This document shows positions 24,830 to 37,428 of a stretch of DNA of 64,000 bases, one piece after another. The translations under genes and the position numbers were made by a program. The notes under the pieces were generated by a model. That model was not told the DNA's origin. It saw nothing but the letters and a program-made list of their open reading frames with translations, and searched no databases. The stretch is from Felis catus (taxonomy: Eukaryota), in assembly GCF_018350175.1 (NCBI RefSeq), contig NC_058368.1:114888001-114952000 (forward strand). The letters run 5' to 3'. The number at the start of each line of letters is the position of its first letter. Positions within the stretch are counted from its first letter, which is position 1.

Positions 24830-25033
24830 TAATTTTTTTTAATGTTTATTTATTTTGAGAGAGATAGATAATGAGCAGGGGAGGGGCAGAGAGAGAGGGA
24901 GACAGAATCCCAAGCTGGCTCCACTTTGCCCGCGTGGAGCCCAATGCGCCGCTCGAACTCAAAAACTGTGAGATCATGACCTGACCCAAAATCAAGAGTT
25001 GGATGCTTACCCCACTGAGTTACTCAAGTGCCC
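24830..25033 (-). mobile_element. Can-SINE
   Basis: Typical body and tail. Confidence 0.85.
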
Positions 25034-25794
25034 GTATGTCTGTAATCTTTTTAATGATGAGACAAAATCTGGTAGTCCTGGAAAAGGTGGTTGAGTTCTG
25101 TTGAATAGAGCAAGGATTGTAGCTAAAGTCATGACTTTCACTGCATACCAAACAATTTGGTTTGAATTTCGTTCCATGACTGCCATACCATTTATAACAA
25201 CTTCTATATATGCTGTTGTTCACATGGTGGACAACATGAAAATATCAAGATAATTCACTGTACCCACTTCTCCAATACTGAGAAAACACTTAATAGTGAA
25301 ACCAGATGGCCCTTCTCCCCACATAGCAGGAAAGTGAAAACAGAGTAAATTCTTTTATTGAATATTCTTGTCCAATAAATAGAAAGTACACATTTTAATG
25401 TTTGGCTTATGGTTTCCTCCCTTTCATGTTCATTTGTATTTAGGCAGTATTTGTTTTAAAATTTCTTTGGAGGCTTTTTAAGTTCTGGCTTTTGGATCTG
25501 TATTCCATTTCAGGTAAGCTTTGATTATAGTGCAAGCGCATCGTCTTTGAGTGGAAGTACAACTTCAATTTACTGAGAGCATTAATGTTCAGTACTAAGT
25601 CTCAATCACTACAAGAGCCATCTTTTCTGTAGAAAATGTCTTGTCAGTTTTAGAGCCAAAAAGCAGTATGTATTGGTCTACTGAAACAGTAGAGTGAAAA
25701 CTATTAAGTTGGCTAGTACCGATGTGATCTTAGTAGCTGTAGTTGATTGGTGAGCATTCTCTAATGGTCTTGTTGTATAGATAACTTCTTAGCT

Positions 25795-26005
25795 TTTTTT
25801 TTTTTTTAATATTTAGTTTTGAAGGAGAGAGAGAGCGCATGAGGTGGGGAGGGACAGAAAGAGAGGGAGACACAGAATCTGAAACAGTCTCCAGGCTCTG
25901 AGCTGTCACAACAGAGCCTGAGGCAGGGCTTGAACTCAGAAACTGTGAGATCATAACCGGAGCTGAAGTTGGATGGTTAACCAACTGAGCCACCCAGGTA
26001 CCCCC
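25795..26005 (-). mobile_element. Can-SINE
   Basis: Typical body; TSD-like ttct(t/c)agcttttt. Confidence 0.9.
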
Positions 26006-26127
26006 ATTCTCAGCTTTTTAAATTTTGAAAGCACTGAATTACCCAGATAAAACTTATGGTCTCTTAGGACATTGTCTTAAAGAAGGGATGGGTAATGAGG
26101 GTTTTTAATTGATGTTAATTAAGAGAC

Positions 26128-26397
26128 TTTTATTTTTATTTTATTTTATTTTATTTTATTTTATTTTATTTTTATTTTCTTAAGAGATACTCTTCTGTTT
26201 ACCTCAGTAATTGTGTAGTAAAATTGAGGATATAGATGGCATTTTTCTTGGTGCAGCTTGAATGATTTGTATATAGGGAGAAAAATAAATATGCACACAT
26301 GGAGAGTGTTTATGTACATATATATGTGTATGTGTGTGTATATATATATGTATGCATGTGCATACACATTTATCATATATATATATATATATATATT
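26128..26397 (+). repeat. (TTTTA)n run (about 26128-26178) and mixed (TA)/(TG) run (about 26310-26397)
   Basis: Directly visible simple repeats. Confidence 0.85.
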
Positions 26398-28755
26398 TAA
26401 CATTGTGAATCTCAGCAAGGCAATTTTAAGGAAAATAATGATTTATTTTGTTCTTGACAAAAGGATATTGAGCACAAGCTGTCAGGCTCTTGAGGCACAA
26501 TTTTCTCCCTGGCAATGCCTAGAGTCAGATTGAAGGAGGTGAAAATTGGTCTCCTGTCCAGTGCAGATGTTGACAGCCTCAGACTGATACACCCACATTT
26601 GATATAGGCAGCCTGGAAGATAGATGTTAAAAGGCGGATATGATCAAGACAAAGCAACTGTCAGTGACTTTTTTGAGTAGGGTTTGAGAGGTAGACGGGA
26701 GACAGTGGAATCTGGGTTTGCAAAGTTCATGATGTGAAGACTTGAAACATAGCTTTGTGTGGGTATGTGAGAGATTGCATTTTGATTTGGTCTTGTTAGT
26801 GTGGTTTTAATCAGATTGGGATCATGAGCTTGATCTTCTAAATGGGCTCTTTGATTTTTCACAGGAGAAAATTGACAAGTATTCCTACCCTGCAATGTTG
26901 AGTGGGTTTCAAAAAGTGTTAATAATGATACTGTGGAAGAGCAATAGCAGAGAAACATTTAACATTTTGAAAAAGATAAAAGTTAAGTTAATTAGGTTTT
27001 CAGATTAGTGTAATGACTTTCTTCATCAAAGCTGCTAAAAAATCAGCTGATTTTTCTCATACTCTTCTTTGAGTTCTGGCTTCCTATTGTTACCTTGACT
27101 TTTACCTTTGTCACCTTCGTATATTTTTCATCCTGTTTTCTCCTCTTATTGTGATGTCTCTTTTCATGTGATCCCCTGATGGCTGGGTCTGTTGTTGGAA
27201 GTGCTCTCACTCCAGTTCCTATCCTTCCTATGTTCCTGAAGACTGTGATTAATTTAAAACTTGTTCATTATTGACCTCCATTCCTCCACTCCCACCATTT
27301 AATTCATTTTCTCTTGCTATGCATTTAACTTGAGCAGGAAAAGCAAAATGTAAAGTCCAAAAAAAATCATTAACTAGTTGTCATCTGGGTGTTTATGTCT
27401 TAACGTTGTCTTTCTGACTTTAAGTCTCTAGGGTAGAGGCTATATTTTCTTTACTTGGGATGTGTCAAGCATGCTGTCTGCTTCTGGATCATTACCCTTA
27501 TGTGAGCATATGCTGCTTTGCAGAGACTTGGTTTCTGGCTGGCTATGGAAGTGAGGAAAGGAAAAAGAAGTTATTAAATTCTAATGTTTCCTTTCATTTT
27601 GAAATTGCTCCTCTTTTTTTTAAAAGTCTGTTTAATTAAACGTTTAATAAATAACACTAACAGCACAATAATACTTTTAAGTTACAGTGGGTAATAGTAT
27701 TGCCTGAATATATTTGTACAGTGTAGCTGAGGAAGTTATCTTAGGTATTAAAATTTTGACTTTGGCATGACTTCAACCATGATGTTGCAATAACGTGGTT
27801 TCTACTAGTTAATTTCTTAAGAAAGTGATTCCAAGTTGAAATGCATGTTATGCATTTATTTGAATGTGTAATCAGGAAGTAAGTGCCTCTCTTTGAAGTG
27901 TTTCTGAATAGCAGCAGGGCACACTTGAATTAGTAAGGAAAATGAGAACATGAATATGTGTGGTACTCTATTTTAACTTTTTTTAAAAATCCATTTTGTC
28001 AACTGGAAAAAGAAATTTCAAAGCTTCCTTTACTTACATCCCCAGGGGATGAGAAAGGGCGTAGGTTGGAAGTTTTTCTGGGCACTCTCTGAGCTGATTC
28101 AGATGGCTATAGTAGTTAAATAACATATTAAATGTTTATTTCCTGGGTTGATTTTCAAAAGATGAACAGTTTTGTGGATTAAAAATGGCACCCCAGGAAA
28201 GTTCTCTTAAAGCCTCTGTTAGGAATTGAGTCATTGTCTGCTTACCTCTAATTATGGAGGCACTATCTGGAGATCTGTGGTTGTTGCCAGATATCCCCAC
28301 AGATGAATGGAAAGGTGAAAGTAGGGAGGATTAATTGTTCACCCCCCTGTCACAGAGCATGAACGTTATGTCCGATATATACCATCATTTGGTTCATTCC
28401 TGCAAGGACTATGTAATGGAATCTATTACTCTTTGCCAATAGTGTTGCATTTATCTTCATTTACAAGTGAGGAAAAGGTCTTATTTTATTACCAGATCAT
28501 GGAAAATGAATGTAAAAATTTGGGGGTGAGGAGTGGGGCAGATTGAGAAATGGGTGTTAATTCTTGATTACCTTGAATCTAGCAAATAATTTTATGAAGA
28601 CTTGGTCCTATTATTTTGTAAAAATGAAGTTGATAGAATAAGAAGTAAGAAAAGTTATATCCGTTTTTGGTGAGATCTATTAATCAGATGTATTTAAGAG
28701 AATTTGGTATGAAGTAGGCTTATCACTGAACCTAAAGTATTAAAATGTAACTTTA

Positions 28756-28980
28756 GGGGCGCCTGGGTGGCGCAGTCGGTTAAGCGTCCGACTTCAGCCA
28801 GGTCACGATCTTGCAGTCCGTGAGTTCGAGCCCCGCGTCGGGCTCTGGGCTGATGGCTCAGAGCCTGGAGCCTGTTTCGGATTCTGTGTCTCCCTCTCTC
28901 TCTGCCCCTCCCCCGTTCATGCTCTGTCTCTCTCTGTCCCAAAAATAAATAAACGTTGAAAAAAAAAATTAAAAAAAAAA
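28756..28980 (+). mobile_element. Young SINEC_Fc
   Basis: Near-consensus; perfect TSD taaaatgtaacttt (28741-28754 / 28981-28994). Confidence 0.95.
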
Positions 28981-29089
28981 TAAAATGTAACTTTGAAGAA
29001 TTAGGAATCCCATGGTAGGGAAGTTTTAAGTGTTCAAATTCAGGGTTGGATTTTTTTTTTTTTACTTTTCTGTGTAAAAAGATGCCATT

Positions 29090-29127
29090 GTTAAGTACAG
29101 GGTGATTTATAACACCCTGTACTTAAC
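29090..29127. repeat. Perfect 15-bp inverted repeat with 8-nt loop
   Basis: gttaagtacagggtg-atttataa-caccctgtacttaac. Confidence 0.95.
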
Positions 29128-29276
29128 CCTGTGATATTGGTTGCTTGCTGTTTTGTTGTTGTTGGTTTGTTGTTTTCTTTTCTCCTCCTCTGGCTATTCT
29201 TTGGGTAGAATTAACTTTTTAAAAATAAAAGCTAATTTTCTGCAGTGAGTGTTTTTGATAGTAAGAACAAAAAAAA

Positions 29277-29278
<2 letters not shown>

Positions 29279-29324
<46 letters not shown>

Positions 29325-29326
29325 AA
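29279..29326 (+). repeat. (GAAA)12 tetranucleotide STR
   Basis: Counted directly. Confidence 0.95.
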
Positions 29327-30440
29327 ATAAAAATCAGCTCTAATTTTGTTACCCAGAGATAAAACCAATGGTTAACATTTTGTTTCTAGATCCTTAAAGT
29401 TTGTTTTCTATGAATATACTCACATGTGTAGAAATAGGTTTTGCTTGATGTGTCATTTACTTTTTTTACTTAATGGATCTTGAACATTGTTCAGTATCAC
29501 TAAGTACTTTCCTATAACATAATATTTAGTGACAGTATTATTCTCTCTGTATAAAGTAATATGATTTAAGGGGGTCATTTTGAGTCAGAGATCTAAATAC
29601 TTGTCTTTAATATTTTTATGGCCAGAGTTTTATTTTCTTTTCCCAAGTTTAAATAGGACAGTTTTTATTTTGAAGACTGAAGTCTACCATTATTGACTAG
29701 TATGAGATACTTGACTGAAAAGAAAACAAATTGAGGTATTTAAAATCATTTTTAAGATACAGAGATCAAAATGAATTGAGCAAGACCATTTGGGAAATCA
29801 CTGTGAGAGGAGGGATCAGAATTTGACATATGGCCCTGAAATTGATCCTGAAATGAATAAGGAATTTGAACATGTTTAAGATGGTAAATGATTTTTAGCT
29901 ATTCTCCTGAAAGCTTCTGTCATTTTGACACAGGGATGTGTTTGCAGTCCTCAAAAGCATATTCAGGTGGATGTCTTAAAATCTTTCTCTTTAAGATTTG
30001 GCAGTTGCTAACAGTGTGCTCTCATAAAAAGTTGTCTATAAGAAATACCTACTTAAGGTCTGTATAATAATTGAACTTTTCCTGCAGCAACTAAACAAAA
30101 AATGATGATAATGAGATTGGGGCTGCAGATGGCTCCTTATTTTACCACTTCGTTTACCCATATTTGGATAAGCTTCTCAAGACAGCTGATTTCACAAAGC
30201 TTTTATACTTCCTACTGTATGCTAATTTTATTTTTTCCTTATGTAGCAACACTAGTAGTCACGGGGTTTTTTATACCTTAGGAAAAGAAATTTTGTATAT
30301 AGACTTTTTTGAGTGCTTTAGGTTATTCCTTTCTTGGAAACCCTGAGTTTTATGTATCACAGACATGAATTAAAGATACTTTCAATTTTTTTTTTTTTTT
30401 ATCATTTAAAACCTTTTTTTCTTTAAAAGTATATATGTTC

Positions 30441-30568
30441 AGGGTGCCTGGCTGCCTTAGTCAGAAGAGCATGAGACTCTTGATCTTGGGGTCATGGGTT
30501 TAAGACCCACACTGGGTGTAGAGATTACTTAAAAGACAAAAACAAAAACAAACAAAAACCTTAAAAAA
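30441..30568 (+). mobile_element. Short Can-SINE (SINEC_Fc3-like)
   Basis: Ends gggtgtagagattactt plus A tail; TSD taaaagta(t/c)ata(t/c)gttc. Confidence 0.85.
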
Positions 30569-30798
30569 TAAAAGTACATACGTTCGTTATAGAAAGTTCA
30601 AAAAAAACCACAAATCGAAAACAATCTACCATCATGCTGTACCATCTCGTGATATGCCACCTCTGTTAATATTTTCGTATATGTTGATGTACTCTGTCCT
30701 ATCCTGTCTCTCTGATGTAAGCACATTGTGATTTCCATTTTCATTAAAAAATTTTTTTCCATTAGTAAAGGAACCTGAAGCCAGTGGTTTATGTAATT

Positions 30799-30998
30799 GT
30801 TTATTTTTTAAAATGTTTATATATTTGAAATAGAAAGAGTGGAGGAGGGGCAGAGAGGGAGAGAGAGAATCCCAGGCAGGCTTCATGCTGGCAGAGTCCG
30901 TTGTGGCACAGAGTCCGATGAGCTCCATCCCACGAACGGGGAGATCACCACCTGAGTCGAAATCAAGACACTTAACTGACTGAGACACCCAGGCGCCC
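30799..30998 (-). mobile_element. Can-SINE
   Basis: TSD agtggtttatgtaatt on both sides. Confidence 0.9.
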
Positions 30999-31454
30999 CT
31001 AGTGGTTTATGTAATTTATAGGAGGTAAGCTTTACTCGTCCGGTGGGCTGGCAGAGTTCTTATCTTTTTCTGGACTTAAAGGTAGAAAAGGTTCTGGCTG
31101 AGGAGCATATTAGAATTATCTCCAGTGCTATTTTAGAGAAGGTACAACTTGGCTCCTTATCTGTTAGGTGTCTTGTAGGACTATTAAAGGCTGTTGACAT
31201 GTTTATATACCTGTATTTTTGAGGACCTGAGACCTTCTGCTATGGCATTGTGGTTGGGAGTCGTTCTTGTAGTATGGCGTGGGCTTTGTGGGATGTGAAG
31301 TCATAAATGGGATAGGTAAGGGAGATTACCAGTTCCTAAAAACTGGAAGAAACCTCATATTGGCTTAATTTTTTTTTTTTTTTTTAACAGATGGAAAAAC
31401 TCCCAATAAGGGGAGCAGAGGCAAACTTCGTAGCTGTTACCACAAAAGGACAGT

Positions 31455-31910
31455 TTATTTTTTATTTTTATTTGAACAAATTTTACCATATTTATTTTGA
31501 GAGAGACAGAGACAGTGCAAGTGGTGGAGGGGCAGAGAGCGAGAGAGAGAGAGACAGAGAGAGAGAGGCAAGCAGACTCCATGCTGCCAGTGCAGAGCCT
31601 TATGCAGGGCTCAAACCCATGAAACCATGAGATCACGACCCAAGCCAAAACCAAGAGTCAGACGCTTAACCGACTGAGCTGCCCAGATGCTTTGATGTTT
31701 TTTTTTTGAAGTTTATTTATTTATTTTGAGAGAGAGAGAGGGTGCATGCAGGGGAGGGGCAGAGAGAGAGAATTTCAAGCAGACTCTGTGCTATCAGCAC
31801 AGAGCCTGATGCAGCATAGAATCTGATGTGGGGCTTGAACTCAGGAACCATGAGGTCATGACCCGAGCCACAGTTGGATGCTTAACTGACTGAGCCAACC
31901 AGGTACCCCC
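31455..31910 (-). mobile_element. Two tandem Can-SINEs (about 31455-31690 and 31697-31910)
   Basis: Two heads and two T tails; the second has a small internal duplication. Confidence 0.88.
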
Positions 31911-32536
31911 ACATTCTTAGTTTTAAAGAAGAGCAGCATAACAGAATGTCTCATTTCCTAGGCTCCAGAGAAGAAAAACCAATCCTTTTTTCTATTTCTT
32001 ATCTTTCTCATATATCCCTGACCCCATACTCTTTTCAGGCCTTTTCTTTTCCTGTAGTTTTATTTAAAAATTGAATTGCATTGAAGGGAGTTTACTTAAG
32101 ATGTTTGATGCTTCAGAACAGCTTTGATCTTGTCCTGTTCTACTGTAGAACTGGGGTTTTTGGTTTATATCTTTTACAGTTGCCCTTTATCCTTGTTTTG
32201 AACTCCATAGTAACTTAATTTTTATCCTCAGCTTAGTTGGGGGAAAAACATCAGGGGATGGGCATGTTGACAGTTCTGATTTCATGGCAGATAGAACAGT
32301 AATAGGGGTTCTCTTAAATTTCATCTCCTTTGTATCGTAGTGAATACCAGATGCAGTGTGTAGTTAACTGGAGACAATTTGAACAAGGCCAGAAGACCCA
32401 GTTATATTTTCAGCCTTTACTGCTGACCGTGTGACTTTGGACAGATTGCCTTTCTGCTGCAGTTTTCCCAGTTTGCCTTTTTGTGTGTGGGAAGAATGCT
32501 TTTGATAACTTTTCAAAGTAAACTAATTGACAGTTC

Positions 32537-32740
32537 TTTTTTTTTTTTTTTAATGTTTTTAAAAATTTTTTTGAGAGAGAGCAGGGTCACGGGGAGGGGC
32601 AGAGAGTGAAGCAGATAGAATCCCAAGCAGACTCCATGCTGTTACCACAGAGGCTGGCTTGGGGCTCAAACCCACAAACCACTAGATCATGACCTGAGCC
32701 AAAGTCAGCTGCTTAACTGACTGAGCCACCCAGGCACCCC
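32537..32740 (-). mobile_element. Can-SINE
   Basis: Typical body and poly-T tail. Confidence 0.88.
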
Positions 32741-33118
32741 TACCCTGCTCAGTTTTTAGGTTAGCCTCACTTACTGCTTCTGAGAAAATGAGATTCTCTA
32801 ACAATGCTGAGCTTCATACTGCCTGGAAGCCAGCCTCTTGCTATCTCTGCTTTCTATTCTCATCTGAGGGTCCAAGAACCTCCTTTTCCCACTCTCATGG
32901 CTCTCACTTCCTCCTGTGGTCCTGATGATATGTGTTCCTGTCTGTGATCTAGAGTCTTGATTCCTCACTTAGGTGTCATTAGTGTCTTCCTGTCCCCCTC
33001 CATCTATCTATAACTAAATTCCAGTAGTGATAATAGATAGTATGGGAGTGCAGGCACCGTTCTAAGCACTTTACTGAACGTTTGGTTTCATCTCTGCGGC
33101 AGCCGTAGGAGGTAGATA

Positions 33119-34378
33119 CAGGCAATCCTCACTTTGCATGGGTCCAGTATACACAAATTTCATGAACCAGAGTTTAGTGAAATAAAACTTGTCGCTAACC
33201 AACATGGTTCAAGTTTCAGTTAACGTGATATATTAACTGTGAGTGAATTCATGAAGTACAGACTTCATTGCTAGCTCTTACATGTACAAATCACTACATG
33301 AGTAACAGATGTGCATTAGGATTATTGACCTATCATGTTCCTTCTCTCTGGGTGACTGGTCACTGTGCAACTGTTCAGTTCATTCTGTGTGTGGTTGTGT
33401 TGCCTCCTTGTCTCCTGGTGATAAACTCAATATGAACCCTTTTACAAAATGGGGTCATTGTGGGGTTCCTAGGTGGCTTAGTTTGGTTGAGTATCCGACT
33501 TTGGCTCAGGTCATGATTTCCTGTTTTGTGGGTTCATGCCACATGTCAGGCTCTGTGCTGGCAGTGTGGAGCCTGCTTTGGATTCTCTGTCCCCCCCTCT
33601 CTCTGCCCCTTTGCTGTTTGCTTGCTCTCTCTCTCAAAAATAAACTTTAAAAGAATTTTAAAAAAGTGATTGTTGAAAGAATGAATTTGCTAACAAAGAT
33701 GGAAGTGCAGCAAAGAAACAAAAAGTGATAAACCTGGAATTTAAATTTGAATAGAATATAAATTAAGTTATAGGATAAATAGCTGCCCGGGAATGTTGAC
33801 ACTGCTGCTGTTAAAGAGATTCTAGGTAAGCAGTCAGAAGAACTTAGTGAAGGCAAAGTTATTGACATACATGAGGAAAATGATTGTGCAGAAAAGGGTG
33901 ATGATGTCCCAGAGGAAGTGATGTCATCAAAACCTTTACACTAAAAGAACTTTTGGAGATATTTCATGACATTGAAAGTGCACAGGATAAAATATTGGAA
34001 GCTGATCCAAATTTAGAAGGAAATAGGACAGTTTGCCAAGGGATAGAAGAGATGCATTGTCTGTATCCTAAGTTAAATGTTGAAGAAGGCAACTGTTGTT
34101 CAAAAACTACTTTTGAGTATTCTCTTACAAAGAAAACACTAATTTTCACTGTACATAATGTTTTAAGTTACAGTGTACTAAATAAATACTACAATTTTTT
34201 TCATTTCCCTGTACATTTATAATTAGTAGTAAAGGAGCTTTTAATCTTTTGTCAAAAAATGTTAAAGGTCACAGGATAATCATAATTTTTTGCATTGATT
34301 AAAGATTACTTTGCACTGTTACAACTTGCATGGTTATTTTCATGGACCTGGACTACTGTGCAAAGTGAGGATTATCTA
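33119..34378 (+). mobile_element. Tigger (TcMar-Tigger, Tigger6-like) non-autonomous DNA transposon with transposase remnants
   Basis: TIRs caggcaatcctcactttgca / tgcaaagtgaggattatcta with TA flanks; ORF 33953..34222 (EIFHDIESAQDKILEADPNLE) resembles a pogo/Tigger C-terminus. Confidence 0.8.
33461..33662 (+). mobile_element. Can-SINE inserted in the Tigger element
   Basis: ggggttcctaggtggcttag head, CT-rich region, AATAAA tail. Confidence 0.88.
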
Positions 34379-34669
34379 TATTATTATCTCTGTTGTACAT
34401 TTGTGGAAACAGATACCTGTTTAGTGGTGACGCTGCAGTTTCTATGTGACTTCCAATTTTATGCTTTTCTCTCCCATAATACTGCTACCTATCTACACAC
34501 ACACACAGCCACACACACGCGCGTGCGCACACGTGGAAAAAAATTTCTTTAATAGCCCTTGACTTTTCCTCTTGGTAGCAGCTCAGATTCTTGAAAGAGC
34601 AGTCTTGTTCTGTTACCCTTGAATTGAAATCTGCCTTTTTCACCTCCTACAAAGCTGCTCCTCCTCATT

Positions 34670-35335
34670 GCCTCCTTACCAGCTGCACTGGCTTTCTTTG
34701 GTTTTCCAGGATCATTTTAGTGTGCATCTATCTGCCCTAGGTCCTTTGAGTTGGTGTTCCCTCTGCTTGAAATGTTTTCTCAAGATAGCCACATTGCTCC
34801 TGTGCTTCCTTTTTTAAGGCTCTCCTCAAGTGGTGCCTTTTCACTGAGGCCTGCCTTGATCTCTCTGTGTTAAACTTTTTTTTTTTTTAACGTTTATTTA
34901 TTTTTGAGACAGAGAGAGATAGAGCATGAATGGGGGAGGGTCAGAGAGAGGGAGACACAGAATCTGAAACAGGCTCCAGGCTCCGAGCTGTCAGCACAGA
35001 GCCTGACGCGGGGCTCAAACTCACGAATCGTGAGATCATGACCTGAGCTGAAGTCGGCTACTCAACCGACTGAGCCACCCAGGCACCCCTTGATCTCTCT
35101 GTTTTAAATTGTATCTTTTATCCCCTCTTTGTCATTTCTGCCACTGCCCCTCCCTCTCATAAGTACTTTTGTTTAACAACTATATAATTGACTTTATTAC
35201 GTTTATCATCTTCCCCTCACGTTAGAATATAAACTCTCAGGAGCCAGGGATTTTTGTCTGCTTTGTTAATTTTTATCTGAGTGTTAGATTGCTGCCTGGC
35301 TCATAGAAGGTGTTCGGTAAACATTTGTTGAAAGA
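34670..35335 (+). mobile_element. L2 LINE 3' fragment, interrupted by a SINE
   Basis: cagggatttttgtctgctttgtt...tgcctggctcatagaaggtgttcggtaaacatttgttgaa is a typical L2 3' end. Confidence 0.7.
34875..35087 (-). mobile_element. SINEC_Fc
   Basis: 21-bp TSD ccttgatctctctgt(g/t)ttaaa. Confidence 0.93.
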
Positions 35336-35659
35336 AGGCATGTATTAATGCTCTTAAAGATGGTTGTTGAATAGATGAATGCTCATGAAACACCATACAG
35401 ACCCTTTTTGCTGTCTTCTCATTTTGTTTTACTTAATTTCTGCCAACCCTGTATTGTCTCCAAGTGCAAGGCAATGAACTAGACATACATATGTTATCTT
35501 AGTTGTCCCGCCCAGCGAAGTATTCTCTGTATTTTACAGAAGAGGAAATAGGCGGTGGAGTCCAGTCACACAGCTGGTAAGAGACAAAGCTAAAACTCAG
35601 GCTTATCTGTAACTCCAAGGCCTCTGCTCTTTCAGGTCACTGCCTTTGATATTCTTTGT

Positions 35660-36690
35660 CTCTTTATTGAGCCATAATTCACATACCATAATATTCACTC
35701 TTTTAAAGTGTACAGTTCAGTGGTTTTCAGTATATTTACAAGGTTGTACAGCCATCACTACTTTGTAATTCTAGAACACTTTGATTACTCCAGAAGGAAA
35801 CCCCATACCTATTAGCAGTTAGTCCTCACTCTTTCTGCGCCAGCTGCTGGCAGCCACTAATCTGGCTTCTGTGTCTGGATTTACCTGTTGTGGACATTTC
35901 ACCTAAATGGAACAATACAATATGTGGCCTTTTATGACTGGCTTCTTTCACATGGCATATGCTTAGATGATTCATTCATATTGCAGCATGTATCCATTCA
36001 TTGTAGCATGTATGAGGGTTCCAGTTTCTCCACATTCCTCACCAACATTTATTATTTTCTGTCTTTTTGATTATAGCCATCCTAGTAGATACGAAGTGGT
36101 ATCTCATGATTTTGTTATGCATTGCCTTTATAGCTAATGAGGCTGAATGTCTTTTCCTGTGCTTATTAGCTGTTTATTTTGTTTTAATTGGAGACATGTA
36201 TATGTAATTTCATTGCCTATTTTAAATTTGTTGTCTTTTTATTAAGTCATAAGAGTTCTTTTTATATTGTGTTTACTAGATCCTTCTTACATATATGGTT
36301 TTCAGAAATTTTCTCCTGTTCTGTGGATCTTTTCACTTTCTTGATAGTATCCTTTGACCAAAGCACTAAAATTTCAAATTTGATGATGCCATTTAATCTA
36401 TGTTTTCTTCTTATTTGTTCTTTTGGTGTCATAGCTAAGAAACCATTGGCTGATCAGAGGCCATGAAGACTTATGGTAGTGTTTTCTTCTAAGTTCTGTT
36501 TTGAAAGTATATGGCAAGAGGTAGAGGTTCATGTTCCTTCTTTCTGCATGTGGATATCCCGTCCCAGTACTGTTTGTTGAAAAGACTATTTTTCCCCATT
36601 GAATGATCTTGGCAGCCTTGTTGAAAATTAATTGACTCTATTTCTGGATTCTTAATTCATTTCCATTGATCCTGTATTTATGCATTTGAG
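35660..36690 (-). mobile_element. L1MB-like 3' fragment
   Basis: ttaaagtgtacagttcagtggttttcagtatatttacaaggttgtacagccatcac; ttgattatagccatcctagt. Confidence 0.8.
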
Positions 36691-36778
36691 TTTTCGTCAC
36701 TTTGGTTCTCATTGTTTCTCTTGTCAGAAAGTTGTCTTCCTCCCTACTCCTAAATACACAGTCTCAGGGGCCACCTTT

Positions 36779-36809
<31 letters not shown>

Positions 36810-37179
36810 ACAGTGCTGTGGCCCCAGCTTGAAACATTTAAGTCAGAGTGAGGAAATTTCTTTTTCCTCACTGTTTATAATCAAAGGTTATTATATCATT
36901 TAACCCTTGCCTTTATCATTTATTAAGATTCTTTTCTTGGGCTCTCACTGTACCTTTCTGACCCATCTCTGGGGTCAGGTTTATTTTATATACTTTTGTT
37001 AGGTTAATTCTGTGTATCTATGACTTTGACTTCCTGCTTTGGCTCAGGAATTCTTTGTACTATGTCTGTGGACTTTCCATCCCTATCTTCTGCTTCTTCT
37101 GTACACATCCTTCAATTCCCAGTTAAACTGGAGGACTCAGCCTCTAAATACACCTTCTTACTGTGTGTCTCAACTTAAA

Positions 37180-37246
37180 TTTTTTTTTCACGTTTATTTA
37201 TTTTTACAAGAGAGAAGAGAGGGAGACAGAGCACGAGCTGGGGAGG

Positions 37247-37304
<58 letters not shown>

Positions 37305-37428
37305 CCCATGCAGGCATTGCACTGTCAGCGTGGGGCCTGACGTGGGGCTCCAACTGAAGAACTGCAATATCATGACCTGAGCCAAAATCAAGTGTCAGGC
37401 GCTTAACTGACTGAGCCACCCAGGCACC
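37180..37428 (-). mobile_element. Can-SINE with long (GA)n
   Basis: Typical body; about 25 GA units. Confidence 0.9.

Noticed and set aside
31361..31630. Strong-looking acceptor (T-run-aacag|ATG) opening a 79-aa ORF
   Set aside because: No good donor nearby, and the ORF runs into an antisense SINE
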